From Blastocladiella emersonii ATCC 22665 (lineage: Eukaryota > Fungi > Blastocladiomycota): a stretch of 64,000 bases of DNA. Of the stretch, positions 33,048 to 45,970 are shown piece after piece. The notes below the pieces were generated by a model. The model was given only the letters and a program-made list of their open reading frames with translations, was not told the origin of the DNA and made no database searches. Numbering within the stretch: the first letter of the stretch is position 1; each line of letters begins with the position of its first letter. The stretch is from the NCBI GenBank assembly GCA_025594325.1, contig JANHCV010000006.1:1364001-1428000 (forward strand). Reading direction: 5' to 3'. The position numbers and the translations under genes were made by a program.

Positions 33048-34628
33048 TGCTCAAAGAATAAATATCGCGCGTGTAGTTTCAAAGTTAAGACGTGTACAGG
33101 TAACGGCCTTCATGGGCGAAAAAAAAAAGATCCCTGCGACAACCAAGCGTCAACGCGAGCTCAAGCCGTGTTGATTTGTTAATTGGCATGGCTGTCGTTT
33201 GACCCCTGCTGAACCACCGCCCGCCCGGATAGCAGGTTCTTGACGCCATTAGGCATCACGTCGCCAAGTTCGCGGCCCGCATCGTCGTTGCACCACGGGC
33301 AGTGGCACTTCATTTGAGTCGCCACGCGTCTCGCACTTAGCGAGTGCGGGCGGTTGGACGGCAATAGGGCTCGCTCGCTCGCCGCACTCTCCCTCTCGCT
33401 GGTTCCTGGCCGCCCGATAAGATCAGCTGTGGTGTGATGCGGGGTATGAAGAGGATCTCGTGCCGACCTTGCGCGTGCCCAGGTCCTGACTCGCGCGCAG
33501 AGCGTGTGGTCGTTCAGGCACTCCGTGCGCTGTTGTATCAAATGTGAGGCGATTGCTTAGACTGTAACTGCATTTGCTAATTGTACTAGCAACTTCTTCG
33601 CTCGAGGGCAGCGGGAGTTGAGCGCCATCGACTCGTCTCTGGAGCCACCATCATGGCCATCAGGCTGGCCATCACCAGCTCGGCCGCGGCGCTACTCCTA
33701 CCGCGACCGCTCCGTACCGTTCTCCGGGTCTGGATCCATCCAGTAAGCCTTAGTCATCTCGACCAGCTGACCGCGATCGAGAGGTTCACGGCCAAGGTCG
33801 CAAGCTGTTCGTTCGTTCCTCACGACCACTCTTGTCGCAAAGTTGCAGCTGCTCGTCGAGGACAACAAGAAGCTGGCTAGGCGCCGTGAACGCGACCCCT
33901 TCCGCCGTTATTCCTGTAACCGAGTACGTTTGATGGACGTGTTTGACGCGTCCGATGGTGCGAGGAGCGCACTTCGCGCGGAGGCCGATCGATGAAGCTT
34001 GACCACAGCGTGGTCAACTAGACCTCGGCTAGGTCGATGACCAAGATGACTCTTCGGCGGTCTGACTACGTCTGCTGCCAACTACCGATCCCCTGCTGCC
34101 AGCCTCGCAGCGATTCCCGCCTATCCAGGCCTACGTCAACGTTGACGGCTGTCTGGATCCCCCGCGACGATGAGCAAGTCGGGAAGCTCGTTGCCAGAAT
34201 GGATGGGAGTCGGAGAGGGTGAGGAGGAACGCGAGGGAGACCTCGGCGTCGGGGTCGATCGCTCGTGGTCAACGACGCGTCGGCGGACGCGAGAGAGGCG
34301 GCGCCAAGGGCAGAGTGCTGCATGAGGTGGACGCGGACAACGGATGAACTGGGGACGAGGAAGCGAGTGAACCCGTTGGGGCCCCGCTTGAGCTTCCGCT
34401 CTCTCCTGCAGCCGGTCGTCGTCGTCATCATCTTACAACGTAGCATCACCATGTATGTCGCCCGCTCCTTCTTGTTCACCGCGGCCAGCTCGGCTCGGGA
34501 GAGAACAAGGGCCGGCCCGGCGGCGCGCCCGGCCGTGTGGCGCCTCGCCCTGCAAGCACACGCGCCCGGCGTCCCGTCTTGCTTGTTGCTCACCGCGCTC
34601 CCTCTCTCCTCCCTCTCGACCAACTTGA

Positions 34629-35837
34629 ATGAATGACAACGTAGACATGGCAACAACAGCAGCATACTCGGATCTCGAACTTGACGTGGACGTCGCCAGC
34701 AACGTGGCGACCGTGGCGGCGTACCGGGCGACCCCCGCCGGCGACGACGCGGGCGCGGGCGCGTCGTACCTCGGGACCAGCCCGGACGAGGGCTCCTCGC
34801 CGGCATCGGCGGCGCTGACGAGCGAGGCGTACCGCAAGCGGTCGGCCAAGAAGTCGACCAAGCTGCTGCGGTTCTTCGGGACGACGCCGCCGGTCGACGT
34901 GAGCCTGGCCGAGGTGGTGCACGAGGGGTGCAAGGCGATCCTGCACTCGAAACTGCCGCTGTGCTACTTCCTGCACGCGCTGCTCGACGACTACGCGGCC
35001 GAGAACCTGTTCTTTGTGCTCGAGGTCGAGCGGTACGAGGCGACGCCGTTCCCGGACGGGCTCGCGCACCTGCGCGCCGCGCACGCCGTGTTCGAGACGT
35101 ACCTGGGCCGCGGGTCGCTGCTCGAGGTCAACATCGACGACCGCGTGCGCCGCGGCATCGTCGCCGTGCTCGCGCGCCTCGGTCGCGCCTGGGCCGCCCT
35201 CGACGCCGCCAACCCGGACCGCGCCGCGGCGGCTGCCGACGCGCTCCCGCCCTCTGCCATGACGGGCGGCCTGCGCTCGCTGTTCGACCCTGCCAAGGCT
35301 GCGGTCCTGCGCCTGCTCGAGACGGCGTACCTGACCAAGTTCGTCCGGTCCAACATGTACCAGCGCATGGTCGCCGAGCTCGACGACGCCAACGCGACGG
35401 TCGCGTGCACCACGGCGTCGGGCGCCGTCGCCCACATGTACACGGCCGACGCCAAGCAGGCCGCCGTCATGGTCCTCGTCGAGTACATGCTCCGCGAGGG
35501 CCTGTTCGACCCGGCGCTCGACGGCCGCGGCACCGCGTCGCGCGAGACCTCGCCCGCGTCGCCACCCCCGCCACCGCCGCGTGGCGCCTCGCGCCGCACA
35601 GCGGGCGGCGGCGGTATGGTGGCCGGATCCACACCAACGTCGCCGTCGGCGGGCGGCCCGTTCGACCTGCCGCTCGACTTTACGCCCGCGGGCGAGGCCG
35701 AGGGCCACCTGCTCGGCATGGCCGACCCCGAGGCACGGCGGTCGCTCATGCGCCGCATGCTCCAGGGCTTCTGCATCACCATGCTCGGCATCGACGTGGT
35801 CCAGTTCGCGCACGAGACGGTCGGCACGCCGCGCTGA
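34629..35837 (+). CDS. RGS (regulator of G-protein signalling) domain protein
   Basis: PLCYFLHALLDDYAAENLFFVLEVERY...VFETYL..GS.LEVNIDDRVRR...FDPAKAAVLRLLETAYLTKFVRS is an RGS-domain pattern. Upstream exons are possible. Confidence 0.85.
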   Translation: MNDNVDMATTAAYSDLELDVDVASNVATVAAYRATPAGDDAGAGASYLGTSPDEGSSPASAALTSEAYRKRSAKKSTKLLRFFGTTPPVDVSLAEVVHEGCKAILHSKLPLCYFLHALLDDYAAENLFFVLEVERYEATPFPDGLAHLRAAHAVFETYLGRGSLLEVNIDDRVRRGIVAVLARLGRAWAALDAANPDRAAAAADALPPSAMTGGLRSLFDPAKAAVLRLLETAYLTKFVRSNMYQRMVAELDDANATVACTTASGAVAHMYTADAKQAAVMVLVEYMLREGLFDPALDGRGTASRETSPASPPPPPPRGASRRTAGGGGMVAGSTPTSPSAGGPFDLPLDFTPAGEAEGHLLGMADPEARRSLMRRMLQGFCITMLGIDVVQFAHETVGTPR

Positions 35838-36151
35838 GCCCCGCTCGTCGGCCGCCCCCGCCCGTCATCTGACTGTGTACATTCTCCTTCTGCCCACCTT
35901 CATCATCCACGACTTGCACAACCACTCCCCCTCGGTATTCTTTGTTCACAACTGCGTCATACTATACACATTCGGATTGCACACGTGAGACGTGGGAGAT
36001 GACCGACGCAAGCGAGAACAAGCAAGCGGTCGCCGGTCGCCGTCCAGGTTGCCGTCCCTCCCACGCGCGCGCGTCGCCGACCGCCTTCTCTCTCTCGTCC
36101 CTCACACCGTCGAGCCAAACAACCACCAGCGACTTGGTGCAAGCCCCTGCA

Positions 36152-39100
36152 ATGAAGCGCAAAGACACTCGCGAGCACTTTGATCCCAACAAGCCCGGCG
36201 CCGGCTCGGACGACGATGTACGCATGCCTGCGATCTGCCCGCTGACTGCTTCCTCGCCGCGATCTGACGTTCGTCTCCCTCTCCTACCAACAGTCCGATG
36301 GCGGCGACAACAACAGCGGGATGAAGCAGAACCCGGACCCGTCGGCTGCACCGCGCAAGAAGCTCCGCCCCAAGGCCACGGTACGCTTCGCGCGCGACGC
36401 GACTTGCCGCCGTATAGCACGCGGCTGACCCGCCTCAAACTGTGTAGACTGCGTCGACGTCCGCTCGTCCGAGCACCTTTGGGACCGGCTTCTCCCTCAC
36501 CGCCTCGGCTGCCGCTGCCCCTGCGCCGGCGTTCTCGTTCAACCAGCAGAGCTCGACCTCGACCTCGGCGTCCGCTCCGTCTATCCCCACCTTCTCGTTC
36601 GGCGCTCCATCTTCGACCTCGGCACCCGCGACCTCGGCGCCCGTCTTCGCTGGGTTCGACTTCAGCTCGGTGCCCTCGAGCTCGGGCTCCGGCTCGGGTT
36701 CAGCGCCCGCAAGCTCGGCGCCCGCCCTGTCGATCAACCTCCCGTCCACAGCCGACATCATCACCTCGGCCGCCACGGGCGCCGCCGCCGACGCGACGCC
36801 GCTCTCGCCCGTGTCGCCGACCTCGCCGACCTCGGCCACGTCGGACTCTTCGGATGATTCGGACTCGGAGGAGATCACGCCCGACGCGCCCGCACCCGCC
36901 GCCGCCGATGCCGCTGCGCCGGTGAACTGGGCCGAGCGTCACGCCGTCAACGCGTCGTTCGCCAGCGCCGTGTCCGCGGCGTTCGCCGCCGACCCGTGGG
37001 CCGACCTCTCGGACATGTGCCGCCAGTACGCCGTGTACACGGGCACGGCGCTGCCCGCCGGTCAGTCGGAAGCTGACGCCAAGGCGGCGCGGGCCGCGGC
37101 CAAGAAGGTCCGGGAGAAGGCGGCCAAGAAGCTCAAGAGGGACCGGGCCAAGGCCAACCGGCGGGCCGCCGCCGAGGCCGCCGCGGCCAACCGGCGGTAC
37201 GGCGCGCTCGTGCGGCAGTCGTTGACCATGGGCGCCGGCGTCGGGCCCATGTTCCAGTCCCAGCTGCCGCCCTTCTCGTTCGGGTCGCTCAGCGCCGCCG
37301 GTCCCACCTCGCCCAACGCTAACACCAACCCCGCCCCTACCGGCGGCTTCTCCTTTGCCGCGCCCGCGTTCCCGGCCAGCCCCGCCGCCGCGCAGACGCC
37401 GGCGACTACCACTGCCGGCCCCACCGCCGCTGCTGCTGCGCCTTCGGCCTCCCCGGCCGCCAGCGCCGCGGGCTTTGCGTTCAACTTCGGCCCGCCCTCG
37501 TCCTCGGGGCCGCTCAGCTTTGGCAGCCCTCCGCCGCCCGGCGCGCTGCCGTCCTTCTCGTTTGGCACGGGCCCGTCCACGAGCGCCCCGCGCAACCCGC
37601 CGATCGCGACGACCTTTGATGGGTTCGGGCTGTCGACCAACCCGACCGGCCTGTTCGGGTACCGCGGCCGCTCCGCCGAACCTGCGCCTGCCCCCGCTCC
37701 CGCGCCAGCCACCAACTCGTCGCTCCCGGCCGACTCGCCCTTCACCCCCGCCCCGCCGCCGCCGCCGCCGGTCCCCGCCCCGGTCTTCCTGTTCGGCCTC
37801 CGCCGCAAGCAGAAGACGATCGCGGCCGCCGACGCCGCCGAGGCCGCCGCGCGCCCGCCCCCGGGGCCCACGCCACCCGCTGTGCCCAAGGGCGGGTTCC
37901 ATTTCGGCACCGCGGCGCCCGAGGAGATCGCCGCCGGCGCCGAGGCTGTCGGCCCGTTCCGCATCTCGACGCGCGACGACAAGAAGACCAAGCGGGCTAA
38001 GAAGGCCGCGGCCGCCGCCGCGGCGGCGGGGGCGACGTCCCCCGTCAAGTCCGAGCCGGGCACCGAGGCCGAAACGGAGCCTGAGGCCAAGGAGGAGTCG
38101 GGCGCTGAGACCGAGACCAAGCCCGAGTCGGCCGCGGCCGGCACCGCGCCGCCGCCGCCTCCGCCCGCGCTCTCGTTCGGCGCCATCCCGTCCTCGGGTG
38201 CGTCAACTTCGTCTGGCTTCTCGTTTGGCGCGTCCCCGTCGGCATTCTCGTTTGGCCAGTCGACGGCTTCAACGGCGCCCGCGCTCTCGTTTGGCGGAGC
38301 TCCTGCAGCCGCGCCGTCCCCGTCGGGCGGTGCTACGCCGGCCGGTACGTCGAGCGCTGCACCCGCCACGACGATGCCCGCGTTCTCGTTCACGTCCGCG
38401 GCTCTCGCGGCCGGTACTTCGAGCGCGGCTCCCTCCTCCACAACGGCCGCCTCGTTATCGTTCTCGGATCCCACGGCAGGACCCATGTTCTCGTTCACGT
38501 CCGCCGCTCCCGCGGCGACCGCGGCGGCGAACGAGACTTCGGGTACGGCTCCGTCGTCGACCTCGCCCGCCGCCGCCTCGACGAGTGCGATCCCGCCCAT
38601 GCCCAAGTTCTTCTCGGGCGACAAGCCGCAGCTGGCCTTCAAGTTCGACAAGGGCCCGGCCAAGGCGCCGCCCACCGCGGCCCCCGTCAAGTCGGAGCCT
38701 GCCGCCGCCGCCGCCACCACCACCAACGACGACGACGCGGACGAGCCGGCGCCCACCGAGGAGCCGTCCAAGACCTTCTCGATCCCGTCGGACGAGGCGT
38801 ACGTGTACGAGTGCCGCGGCAAGGTGCGCGACCGGCCCGCGGCGCAGCGCACGCCCGCGGCCGCCAACACGTGGCCGTCCCTCGGCGTCGGCAACTTTGC
38901 CGTGGTCCGGTGCACGTCGGGCGACCGGCCGGCGCGCGTCCTCGCGCGCGTCGGGTTCCTCGTCGACTCGGTGTTCATCAACGCCAGCGTCGCGGCCGTC
39001 CTCGTCGCCCGCGTCAGCGCCAAGTCCGCGTTCGTCACGGTCGTCGGCAGCGTCGCGCGCAGCTCGAAGCGCGCCGAGTTCGACGCGGTGCCCGAGGCGC

Positions 39101-39201
39101 AGCGCGGGTCGCCCGACCGCGAAATGTTCCTCGTCCAGTTCGCGGGCGCCGCGGAGCGCGATGCGTTTGTCACGGCGGTCGAGCAGGCCAAGCTGGGGTA
39201 G
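36152..39201 (+). CDS. NUP2: Nucleoporin Nup2/Nup50-like (N-terminal importin-alpha-binding motif, FSFG repeats, C-terminal Ran-binding domain); 3 exons
   Basis: MKRKDTRE...APRKKLRPK N-terminus; VNASF...DPWADLSDMCRQY central motif; many FSFG/FSF repeats; RanBD-like YECRGKV...WPSLGVGNF...ARVLAR; two short introns near 36218-36292 and 36381-36448. Confidence 0.8.
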
Positions 39202-39557
39202 GTGGGAGAGAGGAAGGGTAACGGTGAGTAGCTGTAGTGATAGCAATCAATACACTTTGCCAATTGCATATTTACTAGTTGCGACTATCGCGACTCAATC
39301 GTATTCAAGGCGGGACCAAAATTATCGCAGCGGAGACGAGCGACATGCCGAACTCCTCGAGCGACTCGTCCGTGAGAGCAGCGTGTCCGAGTCGGAGCTC
39401 CCACCCGTGCACGGTGTCGAGACTCGGAAGCCCTGCTTCGAGACGATGACCGACATCTCAGCGGCGATCTTAAGCGCCGGTCGCTCGAGCGCAGCTTGTT
39501 TGGCGGCAGGGCGTGATCGGGGAGCGAAAGCGGAAGCGTGGCCGCGAGCCGCGAGAC

Positions 39558-39591
39558 GTCTCGCACGCGTCACGTGTTTGATCGACGCGTC
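39558..39591 (-). repeat. Tripartite motif copy 6
   Basis: Minus strand GACGCGTC-GATCAA-ACACGTG-ACGCGT-GCGAGAC. Confidence 0.8.
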
Positions 39592-39693
39592 TTGCAACGC
39601 GTTGTTGTGAGCGAGGATGATCGACATCTACTTTTATGACTCGAAAATGTACACAAAAAAAATTGCATCGTACGAGCAAGCGGACGGGCGGGC

Positions 39694-42600
39694 CTAATCC
39701 ACGCTCATGACGCCGTAGCACCCGTCGTTGTTCGTACCAAAAGTCCCCTCTTCAGGGTTGAGGAGCCACGTTGGCGCCTCGAGGATCCCAAAGTCCGTGA
39801 GGGGGTTGACGACGAGGACGGCGATCGCGACGCCGACGTCGGCCGCACTCGCCAGCACGTAGTTGTACCGCGTCCACTAATTACACACACGAGGCGGGAT
39901 CGTCAGTATCACATCACAAGGCGGACGTGAGCAATCATGGCAGAAACGCACCCAGCTCTGGCGATACCGGTAGATCACGAACTGGAAGAGAAACGCGACG
40001 AACAAGTTCGGGAGCTGGCCGGCCTGCGTCTCGCCTGGCGCGGGCATCATGAACAGCAGCGGCGCCTGGATGAGCGTCCACGGGATCGGGCCGCCAATGT
40101 ACCGGCCGCACAGCCAGAGGACGATGGGCAGGACCGCGCCAAGTGCGAAACCGCCCAGGATCACGACCGTGTACACGGACTCGAAGAAGAACTTGCGCGG
40201 GCCAACCGCGCCCCAGATGAGCGCCGCGGACTGGAACACGAGGAACCCGTTGCCGGACCAGTCGTCGCCGCCGGGCGGAGCGGGGATCGTCTTGTCGCTC
40301 GCGTGGAGAATCCATGCGCGATGCGCCGGGTCGCGCATCCACATGTCCATCGCGACCCAGCACACGCCGCTGGCGACCACCTGCGAGGCGATCTGCGCGA
40401 TGAAGACGTGGCGAGGAGGGCTACAGTGGGAAATGGTGATGCTGGTGAGTGCAGAGCAGCGAGACGCGGAGGCGGAGGCGGCCGCCGTCGTACATCTTCA
40501 TGTAGTGCCCGAGCTTGAGATCGCTCAGGAGCACGACACACTGCTGCACGACCGCGACGCAGAGCGACTTGAACGACATCTGCAAGCGAGCGTGGGCCGA
40601 GTCGATGGGCGGGTTAGTGGCCGGGTCGCGGCGGTATCTTGGAGACATAAAGCACAGTACCATGAGAATCGGGTTGCCGGGGACCAGGAAGCCGATGACG
40701 AACTCGCTGATCACGCTGTTGAGGAGCAAGGCAACGAACGGGAAGGTTAGTTGTTGGTGAGAGACATGTTGAGCTAGCGCGCGGGCGTACTTCATGAAGA
40801 GCATTGTGCCCGTCGTGGCGAGGACGATGGCGATGGGCAGCGTCGCGACGGCCGCGAGTCCGATCGAGAGGATCGTGGCCCAGAAGGGCATGGACAGGTC
40901 CGAGATCTGGCCGATGACGAGCATGAGGGCCGTGGTCGCGGCGAACAAGGCGAGGTAGATCCAGTGCGGGACCTCGGGGTACTGGTCGATGAGCTGGCAG
41001 TGCACGTCGCCCTCGTCGTCGTGGTACTGCGACCGGCGCAGCCGCCGCACAATGTCGCGGCCGTAGAAGACGACGCAGTGGACGATGACACTGCTGAACT
41101 GCGCCATGGAGCACAGATACGAGAAGGCGAACATGGGGCTCATGTACAGCGGCGCGCGCTCCTCGTAGTTCTTGTCCGAGAGCAGGTTGGTCGAGGCGTC
41201 CACCAGGTCCGCGACCTTAACCCGCTTGCCGTCGCGGGACATGAGCGCGGGCGAGTTGAGGGCGATCTCCGGCGTGGGCTGGGCAAACCAGTTGTCCTTG
41301 TAGGCGAGCGGCGTGAGGACCCACATCCAGATGACCACGCCGAAGAACGACGACGCCGTGGCCCAGAACGGCGAGGTCATGGCCGCTGAGCCGTAGATGA
41401 CGGACCAGTCGAAGGAGAGCGACAGCACGCCAACACCCGCCTTGGGCGACCCGATGGTCTGCAGGAAGATGTCGGACCGCGGTGCAAAGTAGCAGAGCGG
41501 CGCAATGTTCTGAAGCACGGGCGACAGGAAGCCGGGACCGACGAGGTAGAAGATCCCGGCGGCAGCCATGGCGAGGAAGAAGGCCTTCATCCGCGACATG
41601 TGCCACTGGCCGTCGGCGGCCGTGGCCTTGACCTTGTACCGATGAAAGGTCGTGAAAATGGCCACGGACGGGAGCACGGTCGGCCTAAACACGCGCGAGT
41701 TGATTCGATCCTGATCAGCCATCATTGCTTGGCGGACGCGATCCGCGTGGCATCATGGGAAGCCGGCCCGACGCGGAATCAGACCCGCAGCAGCCGATCT
41801 CGACAAGTATGCCGTGAGACTCCACAAAGAAGCGTACCAAAGCATTTGCGAGGGCCGGATGACGAGGCGGCGAAGGAAACCCGACAAACCGAAGCCGAGG
41901 AGCGAGGTACAAAGAAGGAACGCGTTCTACAAGTTTTTGTGGGCCGTGAGCCCCATGGACTCGTCGCGGATCAGGCTAGACGCACGCTGTAGAAGATGCC
42001 GAGGTCGGCCTTGTAGAAGAGGTCCATGACGACGATGTTGGAGGAGCCGTAGACGCCCGACGCGCCCGTGGTGCCGAAGATGCCGCTACACGAGCCGAGC
42101 GAACGGTCAGAGCTCGCATCGAGCAAGCGGTTTGGCGGCAGATCGTACATGAGCACATGCTCCTTGATCGTGAACGGGCCCGGGTTCGTGTCGAAGGTGG
42201 TGCCGAAGATGCGGAGGCGGTAGCTCGGCACGTAGCGCTCCATGAGCTTGCCCATCGGGTAGGCGATGAGAACGGCGACGTAGGGGGTGATGGCGAAGGT
42301 GCTAGACAAGTGGGACAACGATCCGCAAGTCAGCTGCTGTTCGGGGTTGGTGAAGTGAAGCGCGGGCAGCATCCTGCAGGAAGGGATCGGGGCACCAGCC
42401 CGACTCGAGCAGGGAGAACATCAAATTTCGTACTTTGTCCGGAAGAGGAAGATCGTATTCGCGACGCCGAGTGTGATGCAGAAGAAGAGCCCGATGACCC
42501 AGACACGGAACGTGAGCGACGGCGTCTCGGGATGCTACACGCGATAGGACGCGTAGTGTTGATCAGTCGATGTGATGAACTACGCGACACGACGCGACGC

Positions 42601-43573
42601 GACGCGACGCGTCCGGATCGGCAACGACGCGACGCGACGCGCCTCGATCAGGGACCACGATCACGCAACGTACATCCGTGGTCGGCACGATATCCTGGAC
42701 GACGCGCTCGAAATCCTCGTCGACGACGAACGCCGACTTCTCCTTGGCCAGGATATTGGCCTGGTTGCCGCCGAGCGCGCCGCCGGCAATGGGCTCGGTG
42801 CGCTGGATTGGCTTGAGGTCGAGGTCCTCGCGGCGCGCGTAGCTCGCGTAGATGTCGTGGTACGCGTCGTAGTCGGCGGGTCCCGCAGCCGGTGCGATGC
42901 CGGGCGGCGGCATCATCGGGTACTCGTGCGGCGGCGAGGGCGGCGGGCCGTGGAACGTCGGCGCGCCGTAGTAGGACGGAGCGGCGGCGGCGGCGGGCGC
43001 GGCAGTGTCCGGGTATTGGTCGCGCGAGAAGGTGCCCGGGTCGTGGAACTGCGGCTGCGTCGGCGACGCGAGCGGGTTGGCGTGGTTGACAGGCTGCTGG
43101 CCCGCGTAGAAGTAGCCGACGCCGACCGAGTTAGACCGCGCGAGCTGCGATGCCCCGTTGCCGTTCGGCGGATTGCCGCCGCTGTACGGCGAGTTGGTCC
43201 ACTGCGGCTGCTGCAGGGGCGGCTGCGAGCGCTGCATCATCGGGTGCGCATGAAACGCCGCGCGCGACGACGGCGTCGTCGGCGTCGTTGGGGTGGTGGG
43301 CGAGGGCAGCGGCTGCGTGGGCGGTGGGCCGGGGACCGTGCGGAGCGCCGGAGGCGGGGGTTTCTGGCGCGCACCAGTGCCGCCCGACGTCGAGTTGGAG
43401 ACGCTCGAGCCGACGTCGCTGGCGCTCTCCTGGCGGTTGCGCGACAGCGAGCGGGCGCCGCGGCTCGAGATGGACGTGGTGCGGCGCGGGGTCGGGCCAT
43501 CACGCGTCGCGGCACCGGCAGCGGTACGGCGCGGCGGGGGCGGATCGCCGCTGTCGCCGGGGTACGGAGTCAT
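39694..43573 (-). CDS. OPT-family oligopeptide transporter (multi-exon) with a long Pro-rich N-terminus
   Basis: VQDIVPTTD|DPETPSLTFRVWVIG; NPGPFTIKEHVL; YPEVPHWIY; DLKLGHYMK|...PPRHVF; SAALIWGAVGP; W.RYNYVLASAADVG, all OPT-family motifs. Stop TAG at 39694. Confidence 0.93.
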
Positions 43574-43988
43574 TGCGGCGAGTAAAGGCGCGGCGATCTA
43601 AGTCGGTCTATGAGGGTTTGTTGCGGAGAAGAGGGAGAGGAGAGGGCCCGAAGCTGGCGGCGCCCCCCGCCTGCAACGGGTGGTGGCGGCTGGAAGGGGG
43701 AGCGCGGCGTTTCAGGCTCCGAAGAACCCGAGCAAGCGGATCATGAGCGCATCATCCGCCTTGGCGCCCGCTGGCGGATGATCATCGCGTCACGCCCGAG
43801 CGTGCGGGGGTTCGGGGCGAGCCGCGAGGGGTGGCGACGGCCATGGTGGGTGGCGAGGGCGGCCCGCGTGTGCAGACACGCCGAGCACGCGATTCACGGC
43901 CGAGGATGGGCCCATGCGGAGCCGCCAGCCGTCCGCGTACGGTGTGTGTTGAAAAGGGGGATGTATTCATCATGACGTCCCAGCAAGC

Positions 43989-45708
43989 TTACGAGAGCGG
44001 GCCCGAGATAAGCGTGGGCTGGATGCGCTTCTTGACGGGCGGCGCGTGGATCACCTGCGGCTGCTGCTGCGCGGGTGGTGGGGCCGCCGCTGCCGCCGCT
44101 GTCGCGGTGCGGCCGGGCGACATGACGTTGCTGCTCGCAGCGACAGCAGGCAGAACACGGGCGCGCGCGGCGACAACCTCGGCCGGCGGCTCGGCCGTCT
44201 CGCCGAGCTCGCCGTGGTCGAATACGGCGAGAGTGCAGTACCCGTCGTGCGACGCGCCGACGAGGTACCGCGCGTTGCGCGACCACGCGAGGTCTTGGTA
44301 CCGGTACACGTGCAGGTTGCGCAACACGGCGCGCGGGTACCGCGACCCCGTGTCGTACACGGCCAGCGTCTCGTCGGTCCCGACCGCCATGAGCATGCGG
44401 TACGGCAGCTGCGCAATCCCCGAGTTGGGCAGAGCGCCGTTCACGTCCATGGCGTTGTCGTCGCTTGGCGGCTTGTTTTTGATAAAAACGGGCGCGAAGC
44501 GGATCGTCCACGGCGAGCTCGGGAAGCCCGGCAGCGCGACGAGCGGGAGGCCGGCGGCCCAGTTGGCGCGGCCGTACACGAGCACGGCGTGGTGCACGGG
44601 CGCGTCGGCGCCGGTCGCTGCTGGAGCGGCGGTGGAGGGCGTTGGCGCGTGGCCGGCGGGGCACACGAGGAGGCTGCCGTCGGGCGAGAAGGCGAGGCGG
44701 CGGAAAAACGACATGGTGCTGGTGGTCGGGTCGGAGAAGAGGCGGAAGAACTTGCGCTTGGTGTGGTGCGTGGACGATGTTGCCGCGTCGGGAGCGGCGG
44801 TGGGATCGGATGGTGGTGCTGGCGCTGCTGGTGGGGTCACGTCGAGCTTGGCCGACTGGACGAGGTGCTTGAGCAGCGCGATCTGGCGCTTGTTCTCGAC
44901 GTGCTGGAAGGCGATCGAGTAGATGTTGACGGTGCGGTCGACGCCCTGGGTCGCCACGTACTGGCCGAGCGGGTCCCACGCGACGCCCTGCACGAGCTCC
45001 GTGTGGTGGTGCGCGTTGCCGATGCTGTCGCCTGGTGCGGGATGCGGGTTAGTCTCGCGACCATTTGGTGAGAAGGTGTAGCGTGCGTACCAGTGGTCGT
45101 GTCCCAAATCCGCAACTTTTGGTCGGTGCCGACGGACGCGAGGTAGCGGCCGCACGGGGACCACGCGAGGTCGCTCACCTCGTCCGTGTGTCCACTACGG
45201 GTGCATCGAGTCAGGTTTTCCAGTCAAGTCCGTTCGAAGACCTAAAGACGCACGTTAGGAGCCGCGAGACGCGCCACACCTCCTTGTACGAGTCGACGTC
45301 CTCGTCAGCGGCGAGCCCAAGCCCGCGCACGATGCCGTCGGGTCCCGTCGACTGGACCCAGATAGAGATGGCGCCCGAGTTGTCGGCTGAGGCGATGCGG
45401 TCACCCTGCGGTGCCCAGCGCACAATGTTGACGCCGCCGTGGTGGGCGGCGAGCGTCGACAGGAACACGACCTCGGGCTTGCCGTCGTCGCCGCGCTCGA
45501 CAATCTCCCACAGGCGCACGCAGTCGTCGCCGCCGGCCGTGGCGAACTTGGCGTCGGCCGTCGGCGCAAAGTCGACGCTGGTGATGGTCTGGGCCCGGTG
45601 CCACGCGATCTGGACCGTCTGCGGCGGCGGCGGGAGTCGGAGAGGGCTATGAGTGCATGTTGGGTGGCGGAGCCGTTGCATCGAGTCGCATCACACCTTG
45701 GCTTTCAT
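43989..45708 (-). CDS. CAC2: Chromatin assembly factor 1 subunit B (p60/Cac2), WD40 protein (multi-exon)
   Basis: MKAK|TVQIAWH...SVDF...ATAGGDDCVRLW; NIVRWAPQG..IASAD; DLAWSP; HTELVQGVAWDPLGQYVATQGVDR; SFFRRLAFSPDGSLL; C-terminal KKRIQPTLIS B-domain. Confidence 0.92.
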
Positions 45709-45970
45709 GGCAGCTGCGTGGGGGGTTAGGGGGAGAGAGAAGGGAGCGCGATGCAAAACGTGACGACTCGAGACTGAGTCGATCCTCTACGCAGGCTGAT
45801 CGACGCGTTCGCCGCTCGCCCCGGTGCGCTCTCATCCCGCCGCCCGCTCTCCCTCCCCTGCCCGACCTTCAGTAGCTCATGGGAGTGCATGGATCGCTGA
45901 GCAACTGGCCGCACAACATTGTATCATACCCCACGCATCCCACGTCAACCCCACACGCGCCGCCACCACC

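Noticed and set aside
33999-34034. 8-bp hairpin TTGACCAC-AGC-GTGGTCAA followed by CTAG as a Helitron 3' end
   Set aside because: Neither nearby CTAG is followed by T, no 5' TC end or Rep/helicase was found, and a single hairpin is expected by chance.
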